Notes under the pieces: generated by a model
Seen by the model: only the letters and a program-made list of their open reading frames with translations
Database searches by the model: none
What the model was told of the DNA's origin: nothing
Position numbers and translations under genes: made by a program
In this document: piece after piece, positions 19,708-30,927 of the stretch
Numbering within the stretch: the stretch's first letter is position 1
Layout: each line of letters begins with the position of its first letter
Assembly: GCA_963793425.1 (NCBI GenBank)
Contig: CAWCAG010000005.1
Location: 992,001-1,056,000 of the forward strand
DNA from: an uncultured cyanobacterium
GTDB lineage: Bacteria > Cyanobacteriota > Cyanobacteriia > Cyanobacteriales > CAWCAG01
Reading direction: 5' to 3'
Length of the DNA: 64,000 nucleotides

Positions 19708-20538
19708 TTAAAAGTTATAGCCAACTCCTAATAATAATCCTACCGCCGGATTATCAAACAATGTGGCATTAATTGCCGCAGTAGCGGAAATATTACGAGA
19801 CAAAGGTACATCAACTCCTCCTGTTGCTAAGAAGTCTACGCCAGAATCATCTCCTGTAGAAATAGCAGCACCTGCACCAATATAAGGAGAAATTCTCAAC
19901 CCTAAATCTCCGGATACATTTTCTGTTATTTCAGTAACTCCAGGAACAAAATCAAAGGTCACAGGTAATAAAATAGTCGCGTCGTCTGAGAATAAAACGG
20001 CAGGTCTGGCAGAGATATTGCGAGTTACACCAATTTTACTAAAAATAGTAAAACTCGTATCTCCTAGAGCCGTATCTCCATCTCCTATGCCAATATTAGC
20101 ACCAACACCAACGTAGCTAGGTCCTGAACGAGTAGACCGACCGAAGTTAACATCACTTTGTCCTACAATAGTCTCATTTTCTGCGGATTGAGATGTTTGG
20201 GAGGGGGAGGTAGTAACAGCTAACAAAGAATCTTCAGTATTAGTTGCTTCTAAATCAGCAGCAGTAGTAGAAATATCTTGCTGTTGGGATAAAGAATCTT
20301 CAGTATTAGTTGCTTCTAAATCAGCAGCAGTAGTAGAAATATCTTGCTGTTGGGATAAAGAATCTTCAGTATTAGTTACTTCTAAATCGGCAGCAGTAGT
20401 AGAAATATCTTGCTGTTGGGATAAAGCGATCGCTTTGTTACTGAGAGGTGCAGATTCTGCTAAGGCTGCTGATAAACTGAAAGCAATAGATAAAACAGTA
20501 GTACCGAAAAAAGCACCCACTTTTTTTAGGAGTTTCAT
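19708..20538 (-). CDS. Secreted / outer-membrane beta-barrel-like protein with N-terminal repeats
   Basis: Signal peptide (…SLSAALA), YVGVGANIG, PYIGAG, terminal GVGYNF. Confidence 0.75.
   Translation of the reverse strand: MKLLKKVGAFFGTTVLSIAFSLSAALAESAPLSNKAIALSQQQDISTTAADLEVTNTEDSLSQQQDISTTAADLEATNTEDSLSQQQDISTTAADLEATNTEDSLLAVTTSPSQTSQSAENETIVGQSDVNFGRSTRSGPSYVGVGANIGIGDGDTALGDTSFTIFSKIGVTRNISARPAVLFSDDATILLPVTFDFVPGVTEITENVSGDLGLRISPYIGAGAAISTGDDSGVDFLATGGVDVPLSRNISATAAINATLFDNPAVGLLLGVGYNF
20225..20426. repeat. Intragenic 66-bp tandem repeat x3
   Basis: Near-identical units encoding LSQQQDISTTAADLE(V/A)TNTEDS. Confidence 0.95.
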
Positions 20539-20791
20539 AAGCTCTAAAGAAAAATTAATTAAGGAAAAACTGGCACATTAAAGTAGCCTTAATAACTTGA
20601 ATTTAATTAAAGCTACGATTAAGACTATCCACTATAACTTAACTTCTGTTCATCCTTTACTTTGTATTCCTTTAGACTGCTAAATGATGTTCCCAAAAAA
20701 CTTACAATTATACCCAAAGGATGATACGGAAAATTAAAGCTAAAGAAGAAATTTCTTGCGCCAAAATACTACTCAATCAGTCTTTAGTATA

Positions 20792-21904
20792 TTATTTCAA
20801 TTCCTCAAGCATTTTCTTTGTTTCCTTAATCCCTTCTTCGTTATTTTGAGAACGATATAACCTAAGAGCAGTTTCTAAACTTTCTTTAGCTTCGCGATCT
20901 CTGGATCTATTGTGTAAAGCAACTCCTAAATTATAATGAGCATCGGGATTATCTGGGGCTAATTCTGCATAGCGGCGGAAAGCAATTATCGCCATCAGAT
21001 AGTTTTCTTGATCCAGCATGATTTTACCGATCGCAGCCTGGGCTGAGGGAGAATCATCTTCTAGGCTGACAGCTTTTTGATAGGATGCTAAAGCCCCTGC
21101 GCTATCTCCTTGGGCTTGAAGAATGTTACCAATTTGTAGGTAAATCTTAGAGTTGTTGGGGCTAAGTTTAGCAGCTTCTTGTAATTCTTTCAATCCTGCA
21201 TCCACTTTGCCTTCTTGTAACAAAGCGATCGCTAACTGGAGGCGTAGGTTACCATTACGAGGAGAACGAGTAACAGCAGGTTGAAGGATTTCAATAGCCT
21301 CTTTGTTACGTCCTTCTTCTAAAAGCGCCGCTCCAATAATTGTGTAACCTTCGCTATAACCGGGATCAATAGCAATGGCTTTTTTATAGGCTTCTACTGC
21401 GGCGCTATATTCCCCGGCACGAAGCAATACAACCCCTAAACCCATATGATTCTTAGGTTCGGTGGGGTTAAGCGTGATCGCTTGACGATAAGCATTTGCT
21501 GCGTTGCTGTTGTCCCCAGCATTGGCAAAGCTATAACCTAGAGCATAATAAAACTCGGCATTTTGGGGATCAAGGCGAACAGCTTGTTGATAGGCTTGTG
21601 CTGCTTGAGAATAGTTACCTTGACGAGCTTCTAGATAGCCAATGCCAGAGAAGATTTTGGCATTTTCTCTATCTAAGCTAGCTGCTTGTTGATAAGCTGC
21701 TACAGCGTTGGAGTAATTACCTTTGTCTGCATATTCCCTCGCCTGTCGGAGTAGCTCATTAAGCCTCTCAGCGTTAGGATTGTTTTGTGCCAACAAAACA
21801 GGTTCGTTTGCTTGGGCGATCGCCGGAGTAAAAATACCCCAACCAGCTAAGCAAAGACTGGCAACCAGAGAAAGACTCTTTTTCGTAAAGATTTTTTGTG
21901 ACAC
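20792..21904 (-). CDS. Secreted TPR repeat protein
   Basis: Signal peptide plus multiple TPR motifs. Confidence 0.9.
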   Translation of the reverse strand: MSQKIFTKKSLSLVASLCLAGWGIFTPAIAQANEPVLLAQNNPNAERLNELLRQAREYADKGNYSNAVAAYQQAASLDRENAKIFSGIGYLEARQGNYSQAAQAYQQAVRLDPQNAEFYYALGYSFANAGDNSNAANAYRQAITLNPTEPKNHMGLGVVLLRAGEYSAAVEAYKKAIAIDPGYSEGYTIIGAALLEEGRNKEAIEILQPAVTRSPRNGNLRLQLAIALLQEGKVDAGLKELQEAAKLSPNNSKIYLQIGNILQAQGDSAGALASYQKAVSLEDDSPSAQAAIGKIMLDQENYLMAIIAFRRYAELAPDNPDAHYNLGVALHNRSRDREAKESLETALRLYRSQNNEEGIKETKKMLEELK

Positions 21905-22192
21905 GGCTCAATTTACTAGTAGTGTGAGTTAGAATTCCTTTATGATAGAAAAAGCTCTGTGGCTTTTTGCTCTTTTGGTTTTAGGGACTAGGTAAACCGT
22001 TAAGTTAACTAAGAAGTCTAAAGCCGAGGAAATTCTTATGGAGGTCAGTTGATGATTTTACAGCAACTGGCTAAATTTGCATACCCATATTTACAGACTT
22101 GAAATTATTAAATCCTGATATAAGTTCAACTAATTTCTTAAATAGGCGATCGCTTCTCAATTACAGTCATCTAAAATGCAACATAAGAGGCT

Positions 22193-23332
22193 TTAAAGTA
22201 AAAAGTTATTCCCATCTAAATCATCCCTTAATTCAGGATAGTGCAATGGGTCAACTTGCAATAATTCACCCTCAGTATTAATCACACCAGAACGAGACAA
22301 AACTTGCACCAGATGTTGCACAATATCCTCATCATCTCCCAAACTATAGGCTAAATGAGGCAAAGTTATTTTTCCGTGGAGTAGCAACGAATAAAGTAAA
22401 TAATGTTGGTTATGGGATAAATTTGGTAAATCTGGTAAATAGGGATTTTCTACTTGGATCTTTTTTTGTTCTTCTTCAGAGGAATTAGTAATCTCACAAC
22501 TTAGGGAATGTAAAAATAATTGTCTTGCTACACTACTAATACCCCCAGACCTGGCGGTTAATCTTTTAAAATATTTTTGTTGTGCGGTTTCCTGTTCTTC
22601 TTTTTCCAAATTGCTACTAAAACCTATTTTTGCTTCAGTAATAATTGGGTCTAACCAAGCTTGCAAATCTTCTTCTTCTAAGGGTGGTAAAGAAAAAGTT
22701 TGGTCAAAATAGGCTTCTATTTTATCTACGTAATTAAGATATTGCCAACTAATTTGCTGAGCGCCAATTAACCAAAAGCGCGAACGATCTTTAAGTACTA
22801 TATCCCTTAAATAATCAACGCCGTCAAGACCTTCCACACCACGCAAAAAGCACCAACTTAAGTTAGGGATCACCACAATTTCTTCAAATCCTTCCTCCGC
22901 AGCTAAAGTTGCTCTTCCTAACTGGGAACGCAGTTTTTCTGGTATATTTCTAAAATCATGGGGTCGCTCATTCCAGGGCAAGAATTTGTAGGGAATTTGT
23001 TGTTTTTCTGGTAATTGCTTCAAACTTTCCCTAAGTAAACAAGATACTGACTCTACAGGAGTAGTTAAAAACACGAAACTATTAGAAGAAGTAGCCGGAT
23101 GTTCGCGCCAATCACTTAAAGCGGCTTCTAAAGCTACTTGAAAAGCCTCCTGTTGAGTAGGAGGAATGGGCAAGTTATTCACTAGCTTAGTAAGATGTTG
23201 AAGAAGCTCTGAGGGTAATTTGGTCAGGTTTTCTTCTGGTGCTGTCTCTGCTTCATCTCCAGAAAACCAAGATTTAAGCCCTTTATAAGCGTCATGCAAC
23301 CAAGTTTCTAGAGAGTCCCAGGGATTGAACAC
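22193..23332 (-). CDS. Hypothetical protein, degenerate ATPase-like with C-terminal winged helix
   Basis: VVIPNLSWCFLRGVEG, LYSLLLHGKITLPHLAYSLG; no intact Walker A seen. Confidence 0.6.
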   Translation of the reverse strand: MFNPWDSLETWLHDAYKGLKSWFSGDEAETAPEENLTKLPSELLQHLTKLVNNLPIPPTQQEAFQVALEAALSDWREHPATSSNSFVFLTTPVESVSCLLRESLKQLPEKQQIPYKFLPWNERPHDFRNIPEKLRSQLGRATLAAEEGFEEIVVIPNLSWCFLRGVEGLDGVDYLRDIVLKDRSRFWLIGAQQISWQYLNYVDKIEAYFDQTFSLPPLEEEDLQAWLDPIITEAKIGFSSNLEKEEQETAQQKYFKRLTARSGGISSVARQLFLHSLSCEITNSSEEEQKKIQVENPYLPDLPNLSHNQHYLLYSLLLHGKITLPHLAYSLGDDEDIVQHLVQVLSRSGVINTEGELLQVDPLHYPELRDDLDGNNFLL

Positions 23333-23478
23333 AAGTTATACCATTGAGCATTAAACATTAAACATTAGATCATTAATTCTTTATTCTAAAGCTGGTACAC
23401 TCAAAATTTATCCCCAAGATACAGGGGATAAATTCTCGGACGGCGCTAAAATGTTAAGGACTGTTAAATGCTGTCTTT

Positions 23479-26373
23479 ATGTCTCAATCTCTCAACCTCT
23501 CAGACTCCTTACCTAATACTAACCAAAATGGTTCTCGCCGCGAAAGTCGCAATACTATTCGTATTCGTGGTGCGAGACAGCATAACCTCAAAAATATTGA
23601 CTTAGAAATTCCCCGCGATCGCCTGATTGTGTTTACAGGGGTTTCTGGTTCAGGAAAATCTTCTTTAGCCTTTGATACCATTTTTGCTGAAGGGCAACGC
23701 CGCTACGTAGAGTCCCTCAGTGCCTACGCTAGGCAATTTTTAGGGCAGTTAGATAAGCCCGATGTAGATGCCATTGAAGGGTTAAGCCCAGCCATCTCCA
23801 TTGACCAAAAATCCACTTCCCACAATCCTCGTTCTAGTGTAGGGACGGTTACAGAAATTTATGACTATTTGAGGTTATTATTTGGTCGGGCAGGAGAACC
23901 CCATTGTCCGGTTTGTGATCGCAACATTGCCCCCCAAACCATTGATGAAATGTGCGATCGCATCACCGAACTTGCTGATGGAACTCGCTTCCAAATTTTG
24001 GCCCCGGTGGTGAGAGGGAAAAAAGGAACCCACAAAAAACTAATTTCTGCCCTAGCAGCAGAAGGTTTTGTCCGAATTAGGGTAGATGGGGAAATTCGGG
24101 AACTTAGTGATGCTATTGAATTAAATAAAAATCACCAACACAATATTGAAATTGTGGTGGATCGTTTAATTAAAAAGCCTGATGTACAGGAACGTTTAGC
24201 TGATTCTTTGGCTACCTGTTTAAAAAGGGCTGAAGGTATTGCTGTGGTTTTGACAGTACCAAAAGAAGGAACAGAAGAACAGGCACAGGAAATAGTCTTC
24301 TCAGAAAACTTTGCCTGTCCTGAACACGGGGCAGTAATGCAGGAACTCTCCCCCCGTTTATTTTCTTTCAATTCTCCCTACGGTGCTTGCCCTAGCTGTC
24401 ATGGTTTAGGTAACTTAAGAAAGTTTGCCCCAGAATTAATCATACCCGACCCCGATAAACCAGTTTACGCAGCCATCGCCCCTTGGTCAGAAAAAGACAA
24501 TACCTATTACCTTTCCCTATTATTTGGAGTAGCGAAAGCCTACGATTTTGAAATTGCTACCCAATGGAAAAATCTTACCCCTCAACAACAAGAAATCCTT
24601 CTTTATGGCAGTGAGGAAGAGATTTATATTGAAGGAGAAACCTATCGGGGAGAACACCGAGGTTATCATAAGCGTTATGCTGGTATCCTCCCCATGTTGG
24701 AACGCCAATATGAATCTTCTTCAGACAAGTACAAAGAAAAGTTAGAACAGTATTTAGTTAACCAAACTTGCGAAGCCTGTGGGGGCAAACGCTTAAAACC
24801 GGAATCTTTAGCTGTACGTTTAGGGCAATGTCGAATCACTGATTTAACCGCAGTTAATATCAATCAGTGCATAGATAAAATTAGTAATTTGCAACTTTCC
24901 CCCCGCCAAGCCCAAATTGGTGATTTGGCCCTGAAAGAAATTCAAGCCCGGTTACAATTTCTCTTGGATGTAGGCTTAGACTATCTTACCCTCGATAGGG
25001 CCGCCATGACCCTTTCTGGGGGAGAAGCACAACGCATCCGCTTAGCAACGCAAATTGGGGCAGGTTTAACGGGGGTACTTTATGTTTTAGATGAACCTAG
25101 TATCGGTTTACATCAAAGAGACAATAGCCGCTTGTTAAACACCCTCAAAAAACTGCGAGACTTGGGCAACACCTTAATTGTGGTAGAACACGATGAAGAA
25201 ACAATCCGCAATGCCGACCAAATTGTGGATATTGGCCCCCATGCAGGTATTCATGGTGGTGAGATTGTGGTACAAGGTGATTTGAAGGCTTTATTGAAAA
25301 ATAAAAAGTCCCTCACCGGGGCCTATTTATCTGGCAGAAAAGCGATCACAACTCCAAAAGAACGCCGCGAAGGTAAGGGACGTTCCTTAATCCTCAAAGA
25401 CTGCTATCGTAACAACCTCCAACATATTGATGTCGAAATACCTTTAGGAAAACTAGTCTGCGTCACCGGAGTTTCTGGTTCAGGAAAATCTACCTTAGTT
25501 AATGAACTCCTTTATCCTGCCCTCAAACATCACTTAACTAAAAATATCCCTTTCCCCAACAATTTGGGCCAAATCAAAGGATTAAAAGCAATTGATAAAG
25601 CCATTGTAATTGATCAATCCCCCATTGGCAGAACTCCCCGTTCCAACCCTGCCACCTACACAGGAGTTTTTGATGTCATCCGCAGTATCTTTGCAGAAAC
25701 CATTGAAGCAAAAGCAAGGGGTTACAAACCAGGGCGCTTTTCTTTTAATGTTAAAGGGGGGCGGTGTGAAGCTTGTGGGGGACAGGGAGTTAATGTAATT
25801 GAAATGAACTTCCTGCCTAATGTTTATGTGCAATGCGAAATTTGCAAAGGTGCGCGATACAACAGGGAGACTTTGCAAGTTAAATTCAAAGACAAATCCA
25901 TTGCTGATGTTTTAGGGATGACGGTGGAGGAAGCTTTGGAGGTTTTCAAGAATATTCCTAGGGCTGCCAATCGTTTACAAACCTTGTTAGACGTAGGTTT
26001 AGGCTACATTAAATTAGGACAACCTGCCCCTACTTTATCCGGGGGAGAAGCCCAAAGAGTTAAATTAGCTTCAGAATTATCTCGTCGTGCCACAGGCAAA
26101 ACCCTTTATTTAATCGACGAACCCACCACAGGTTTATCTTTTTATGATGTCCATCACCTTTTAAATGTCTTACAACGCTTGGTAGATAAGGGTAACTCTA
26201 TTTTAGTTATTGAACATAACTTAGATGTCATTCGCTGCGCCGATTGGATTATTGATTTAGGTCCAGAAGGAGGCGATCGCGGGGGAGAAATAATTGCCAT
26301 AGGAACTCCAGAAACCGTTGCTAAGGAGCAAAAATCCTACACTGGGAAGTATTTGCAACAGGTTTTAGCTTAA
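23479..26373 (+). CDS. uvrA: Excinuclease ABC subunit A
   Basis: Two GVSGSGKS motifs, two LSGGEAQR motifs, zinc fingers. Confidence 0.98.
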   Translation: MSQSLNLSDSLPNTNQNGSRRESRNTIRIRGARQHNLKNIDLEIPRDRLIVFTGVSGSGKSSLAFDTIFAEGQRRYVESLSAYARQFLGQLDKPDVDAIEGLSPAISIDQKSTSHNPRSSVGTVTEIYDYLRLLFGRAGEPHCPVCDRNIAPQTIDEMCDRITELADGTRFQILAPVVRGKKGTHKKLISALAAEGFVRIRVDGEIRELSDAIELNKNHQHNIEIVVDRLIKKPDVQERLADSLATCLKRAEGIAVVLTVPKEGTEEQAQEIVFSENFACPEHGAVMQELSPRLFSFNSPYGACPSCHGLGNLRKFAPELIIPDPDKPVYAAIAPWSEKDNTYYLSLLFGVAKAYDFEIATQWKNLTPQQQEILLYGSEEEIYIEGETYRGEHRGYHKRYAGILPMLERQYESSSDKYKEKLEQYLVNQTCEACGGKRLKPESLAVRLGQCRITDLTAVNINQCIDKISNLQLSPRQAQIGDLALKEIQARLQFLLDVGLDYLTLDRAAMTLSGGEAQRIRLATQIGAGLTGVLYVLDEPSIGLHQRDNSRLLNTLKKLRDLGNTLIVVEHDEETIRNADQIVDIGPHAGIHGGEIVVQGDLKALLKNKKSLTGAYLSGRKAITTPKERREGKGRSLILKDCYRNNLQHIDVEIPLGKLVCVTGVSGSGKSTLVNELLYPALKHHLTKNIPFPNNLGQIKGLKAIDKAIVIDQSPIGRTPRSNPATYTGVFDVIRSIFAETIEAKARGYKPGRFSFNVKGGRCEACGGQGVNVIEMNFLPNVYVQCEICKGARYNRETLQVKFKDKSIADVLGMTVEEALEVFKNIPRAANRLQTLLDVGLGYIKLGQPAPTLSGGEAQRVKLASELSRRATGKTLYLIDEPTTGLSFYDVHHLLNVLQRLVDKGNSILVIEHNLDVIRCADWIIDLGPEGGDRGGEIIAIGTPETVAKEQKSYTGKYLQQVLA

Positions 26374-26401
26374 ACAGGCTGTTTTTTTTAGTGAGTTAAA
26401 T

Positions 26402-26881
26402 CTACTCCTCCACCTTATCCACATTTCCTCCCTTAACCCAACCTTGGCGATCGCTATCAGGAATGCGTACCTGTTGCCATCTACCATTCTCACTCTCTTT
26501 AAGAACAATAACTTCTTCATCAAAAGCAATGCCCCCAAGTTGTCCTGCATCTTCATCAGGTTGATCCCGTAAAATCAAACCATCAGGCCAATTTACTGTT
26601 GCTTTATAAGCCCCTGGTTCTAATTTTTCTTCCTCTTCTTCTTTTTCTTCTTCTTCTTCCTCCTCCCCTTCAGGAGGACTTACTTTAGCTTGAGGCTGTT
26701 CTTTTTGTTGGGAAGCTGAATCAGTATCTTGATCTTGTTCCTCAGCAAAAACTGGTCTGGGAGGACTCGCTGACATTTTCGTAAAGAAATAATACCCAGC
26801 AGTAAAACCTACTCCTCCTAAAATAGCTATACCGACAATAAAGCCAATAATCAATTGTAAAAGTCGGGAAATTGTTTTCAT
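26402..26881 (-). CDS. Membrane-anchored SH3 domain protein
   Basis: TM helix, acidic linker, GLILRDQP...WQQVR...GWVK. Confidence 0.85.
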   Translation of the reverse strand: MKTISRLLQLIIGFIVGIAILGGVGFTAGYYFFTKMSASPPRPVFAEEQDQDTDSASQQKEQPQAKVSPPEGEEEEEEEKEEEEEKLEPGAYKATVNWPDGLILRDQPDEDAGQLGGIAFDEEVIVLKESENGRWQQVRIPDSDRQGWVKGGNVDKVEE

Positions 26882-26982
26882 TATTTCCTTTAGTTTTAAT
26901 TAGAACTCTTATTTGGTAGTTAATTTTTAAACTATCTTCTCTTTTCTCGTTTTCTGGGATAATTCCGAGAAAAAGTATCTCT

Positions 26983-28506
26983 TTATTGAAGATGGCGTTG
27001 GATGCGATCGCTTAAGGGATTATCTCTAGAAGCAAGACGGGCTTTCCCCGCCCCTGCCCAGTTTTGCAAGAATTGGATTTGTTCTTGGGCCGTCCTTGCT
27101 AAAGGAATAGTTTGACTAGCTGCTTCCAGGATATCATCAGTGGTGAAGTCACGATTTTGACTAAAACCGATGTGCATCGCTTCTATGATGGTTTGGGCAA
27201 TTTCTGCCCCAGAAAAGTCTGGTGTTTCATAAGCAAGTCTTTCTAAATCGTAATTGGGCAAGTTGTGGGGACGTAATCGAGATAAATGTACCCCATAAAT
27301 AGCCCGACGTTCTTCTTGAGAAGGCAAACCGACAAAAAAGATTTCATCAAATCTACCTTTACGCAACATTTCCGCAGGTAAAGAACGAATATTATTCGCT
27401 GTGGCTACCACAAATACCGGAGACTGTTTTTCTGCCAACCAGTTAATAAAAGTGCCAAAAACTCGACTGGTTGTCCCAGAGTCCCCTGTCCCTTCCAACC
27501 CAGAAAAAGCTTTATCAATTTCATCAATCCAGAGAATACAGGGGGAAAGGGCTTCTGCTAAATTAATAGTCTGCCGGGTGCGAGATTCTGATTCTCCCAC
27601 TAAGCCAGCAAATAAACGTCCCACATCTAAACGTAACAAGGGAAGATGCCAATGGTGGGCAATAGCCTTAGCTGTAAGAGATTTTCCTGTACCTTGAATC
27701 CCTACCAGCAACAAACCACGGGGGTGAGGCAAGCCATAAGCCCTGGCTTTTTCCCCAAAAGCACCGCCCCGGCGCAATAACCAATCTTTTAAATTATCTA
27801 AACCCCCAATATCGGCAATTCTTTCTGTGGCAGGGTAAAAATCGAGAATTTGAGTTTGTCGAATTGATTGGCGCTTTTCCTCTAAGACTAATTCCACATC
27901 CTCTGGCTGTAACTGCCCATGGGTAGCAATGGCTAAGGTGAGAACTCGGCGTATTCTTTCTAAGGATAAACCTCTGGCTGAACGTACCAACTCATCTAAC
28001 AAATTATCAGCTAAAGACTGGTTAGTACCTGATAGTAGCCGCGTTACTTCCTCCCTAATTTCCTTAGCTGTCGGTAAGGGAAAATCTACCACCGTCAATA
28101 CTTCCGTTAAATCAGCCGGAATATTAACCTCCGCCGAAATAATCACAACATTTTTCTGTTGTGACTTTAAAACCCTCGCTAAATTACGTAGCTTGCGAGA
28201 GACAGCAACATCTTCTAAAAACCTCTGGAAATCCCGCAGAATAAAAATACTTTTCGCTTGTTGAGGTAATTTTTCAATATATTCTAATGCCTGTAAAGGG
28301 TTACGCTTACCCACCCCAGCATTGTTAGGGTTATCTTGATAGCCATCAACAAAATCCCAAGTATAAACAACTCGTTTTCCTAGCCTAAGCGCGGAAGTTG
28401 CGATCGCTTTTTCTAATCTTTCTTCTTCTAGGGTAGGAATATAAATTAATGGATAACAAGCCCGCAGGAGTAATTCAAATTCGTCACCAAAGCTCATTTT
28501 GTTCAA
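26983..28506 (-). CDS. ycf46: Ycf46 AAA+ ATPase
   Basis: GIQGTGKS, LWIDEIDK, RKGRFDEIFFV. Confidence 0.9.
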   Translation of the reverse strand: MNKMSFGDEFELLLRACYPLIYIPTLEEERLEKAIATSALRLGKRVVYTWDFVDGYQDNPNNAGVGKRNPLQALEYIEKLPQQAKSIFILRDFQRFLEDVAVSRKLRNLARVLKSQQKNVVIISAEVNIPADLTEVLTVVDFPLPTAKEIREEVTRLLSGTNQSLADNLLDELVRSARGLSLERIRRVLTLAIATHGQLQPEDVELVLEEKRQSIRQTQILDFYPATERIADIGGLDNLKDWLLRRGGAFGEKARAYGLPHPRGLLLVGIQGTGKSLTAKAIAHHWHLPLLRLDVGRLFAGLVGESESRTRQTINLAEALSPCILWIDEIDKAFSGLEGTGDSGTTSRVFGTFINWLAEKQSPVFVVATANNIRSLPAEMLRKGRFDEIFFVGLPSQEERRAIYGVHLSRLRPHNLPNYDLERLAYETPDFSGAEIAQTIIEAMHIGFSQNRDFTTDDILEAASQTIPLARTAQEQIQFLQNWAGAGKARLASRDNPLSDRIQRHLQ

Positions 28507-28516
28507 TGATCAATGA

Positions 28517-29017
28517 TCAGTTATCAGTTATCAATTGCTTTTTAAGAATCTCTAAACTTGACCAACGACTATCTATAAGAGCATCTTTGGTAGAATTTAG
28601 TGGGGTAGTTTGACAATCAGAAGAGCAAACTTTTTTCCAAGGTAAAGCTAAACAAAGCTGTTCATATAACCAAGTATCAACTTCAAAATAACCTTGAGGA
28701 TCTAGGGTTTCTGTTAACTCTTCCAAAGCTACTTCCCTTTCTAAAGGCAAGGAATTTAAGGGGATTTCTTCTAACCAAATTAGCTCCTTTGTATCTAGAG
28801 ATAGGCGATGATTGTACTGTTGTAAACAGCGATCACAACTTAAAGTAACAATAGTTTCTGCTTTAGCTGTTACTTCTAAATAAGTACCTTGGTGAGTAAC
28901 TCGTAAGAGTCCCCGCACTGGCATCAGGGTTTTTAGTTCAGCAAAAGACTCTTGAAGTTGAATTTCTTCTGTCTTTTCCGGTGCTTTAAGTAATTGAGGA
29001 ATATGGATAGCTTCCAT
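28517..29017 (-). CDS. yceD: YceD/DUF177 family protein
   Basis: CDRCL, LYEQLCLALP..C...C, DSRW. Confidence 0.85.
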   Translation of the reverse strand: MEAIHIPQLLKAPEKTEEIQLQESFAELKTLMPVRGLLRVTHQGTYLEVTAKAETIVTLSCDRCLQQYNHRLSLDTKELIWLEEIPLNSLPLEREVALEELTETLDPQGYFEVDTWLYEQLCLALPWKKVCSSDCQTTPLNSTKDALIDSRWSSLEILKKQLITDN

Positions 29018-29109
29018 AGTTCTTGAAAAAGAGAATTTATTTTATATCACTTGGCCTTAGCAAGAGATAATAGGTAAAAAAAGAATGGGTTCTATATCTC
29101 CCTATTTTC

Positions 29110-29613
29110 TCATTCGAGGGTTGAATCTCGCAATCTTACCACCAAATTTCTATCGGGTTCTTGCCCTCTACTTTCTGTAATTAAATCTCCTGACTTTTCT
29201 AAAAAGTTATGAATTTGGCGGCGTTCTGCGGATGATAAAGATTGAATTTCTTGTTCTTGACCAGTTTCTCGTACTTGTTCGGCAACTTCCGTTGCTATGG
29301 TGTGCAACTCTTCTTGGCGACGGATACGATAATCCCCAAGTTCGATGGTAAAAGCCCTTTGAACATCGGATTCTTGACCTAAATTAACCAAAGCATTAGC
29401 TAGATATTGAATTGCATCTAGGGTTTTGCCTTTAGGGCCAATTAATGTTTCAATTTGTTCTTCGTTGAGTTCAGCTTGCTTAATATTTAGCCAACAAGCT
29501 TTTGAGTCATCCTCGTAACTAGGCTCAGATATTTCTACTTGGGAGGCAAGCCCCATTAAATTCAACAGTTTCTCTAGCCATTCCTGGCCATATTGTGCTT
29601 GATCTATCATCAA
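29110..29613 (-). CDS. jag: Jag/KhpB (KH + R3H) RNA-binding protein
   Basis: LIGPKGKTLDAIQYL, ERRQIH, ESRGQEPDR. Confidence 0.88.
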   Translation of the reverse strand: MMIDQAQYGQEWLEKLLNLMGLASQVEISEPSYEDDSKACWLNIKQAELNEEQIETLIGPKGKTLDAIQYLANALVNLGQESDVQRAFTIELGDYRIRRQEELHTIATEVAEQVRETGQEQEIQSLSSAERRQIHNFLEKSGDLITESRGQEPDRNLVVRLRDSTLE

Positions 29614-29712
29614 TTAATATCCCTTTGAGTCAGTTAATAAGCAAGCTAGCAATAGGAATAAATATTTGACTTATTACTTGTTACTGGTTACTTGCTACTT
29701 ATTACTTAATAT

Positions 29713-30864
29713 CTACCCTGATGGTTTTTCTTTTTTCTTAGAGCGTTTTTCAAAGGGTAAAATATCTTGCCCTTCTTCTTTTTTCTCTTGCTTTTCTTGA
29801 GCTTCAACAATTTTTTGTAAATTTTCTGGTAGAGGCTCTCGCATTAAAATGAAAGTTTGAAGGGTTTGGAAGATATTAGCAATAACCATGTACATCAACA
29901 CACCAGCAGGCAGAGGGAAGAATAAGAACATCCCGGAAAAAAGTACTGGAGTGATTTTACTAATAGTTTGCTGTTGAGGATTCGCAGCATTATTCTGTTG
30001 CCCTGATAAAAGCTGGTTGGCATACAAACTAAGTCCGAAAAACAGCACCATACCAAAAATATCCCAGTGGATAGCACCATTTTCCCCTGTAGCACCAACG
30101 CGGCCAAGGGCTTTAATGAATAAGAATCCTTCGTTAGCGGCTAAACCAGGAACTGTACCTTGGACAGTAACTTCTCCGGGGGCTAAAGCTTCTATAGTTC
30201 CATCAGCTTGCAGTTGGACTTTATCTTCCCCCTTGGTAATTTGCCATTGGGGTTGAATCTTTTCATCTGAGTTTTCAGCAATTAAGGTTTGTAGATTTTT
30301 ACCGCTGGGGGTTTGGAATTGAAGCTCTGTCTTTTCCCCTACAACCAATTTTTTACCGGCTGGGGCTTTTGCTACCACTGGGTAACGAACACCATTATCT
30401 ACGTAAATTGTTTGAGGTTTAGTGCTAAAGGGATCAGGTTGGATAAACTCCATCTGTTCCCGAGGGAAAATTTGCAAATCCACTGTGTAGTTGATGTTGC
30501 TAAAAGGTGATCCCCTTAAAGTGGCAAATAAAGCAAACAGAATCGGCATTTGTAAGAGAATTGGTAAACAGCCCCCCAAGGGATTACCAAATTCTTTGTA
30601 TACTTCGCTCATGGCTTGCTGTTGCTTGGTAGGATCGTTTTTGTAACGTTCCTGAATCTCCTTAACCCTTTTCTGCATTGCCGGTTGGGAGATTCGCATT
30701 TGCCTCATACTGCGAATGGATTTTGCACTGAGGGGATAGACAGCAAAGCGAATTACTAGGGTCAGAGCAACAATTGCAAAGCCGTAAGATGGCACAATCC
30801 CGTAGAAAAAGTCCAGGATTGGCAACATGATGTTAGTGGAAAGAAACCCAATACCAAAGTCCAT
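29713..30864 (-). CDS. yidC: Membrane protein insertase YidC
   Basis: [22 protein letters not shown]. Confidence 0.96.
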   Translation of the reverse strand: MDFGIGFLSTNIMLPILDFFYGIVPSYGFAIVALTLVIRFAVYPLSAKSIRSMRQMRISQPAMQKRVKEIQERYKNDPTKQQQAMSEVYKEFGNPLGGCLPILLQMPILFALFATLRGSPFSNINYTVDLQIFPREQMEFIQPDPFSTKPQTIYVDNGVRYPVVAKAPAGKKLVVGEKTELQFQTPSGKNLQTLIAENSDEKIQPQWQITKGEDKVQLQADGTIEALAPGEVTVQGTVPGLAANEGFLFIKALGRVGATGENGAIHWDIFGMVLFFGLSLYANQLLSGQQNNAANPQQQTISKITPVLFSGMFLFFPLPAGVLMYMVIANIFQTLQTFILMREPLPENLQKIVEAQEKQEKKEEGQDILPFEKRSKKKEKPSG

Positions 30865-30927
30865 TCGTCTGTTATTTTAGTGATTATTGATTAATTATCT
30901 GATGATTATTATTGCTTGCTTGAGCCG

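Noticed and set aside
20225..20426. Possible CRISPR array
   Set aside because: Contiguous in-frame tandem units with no spacers, and no cas genes in the window
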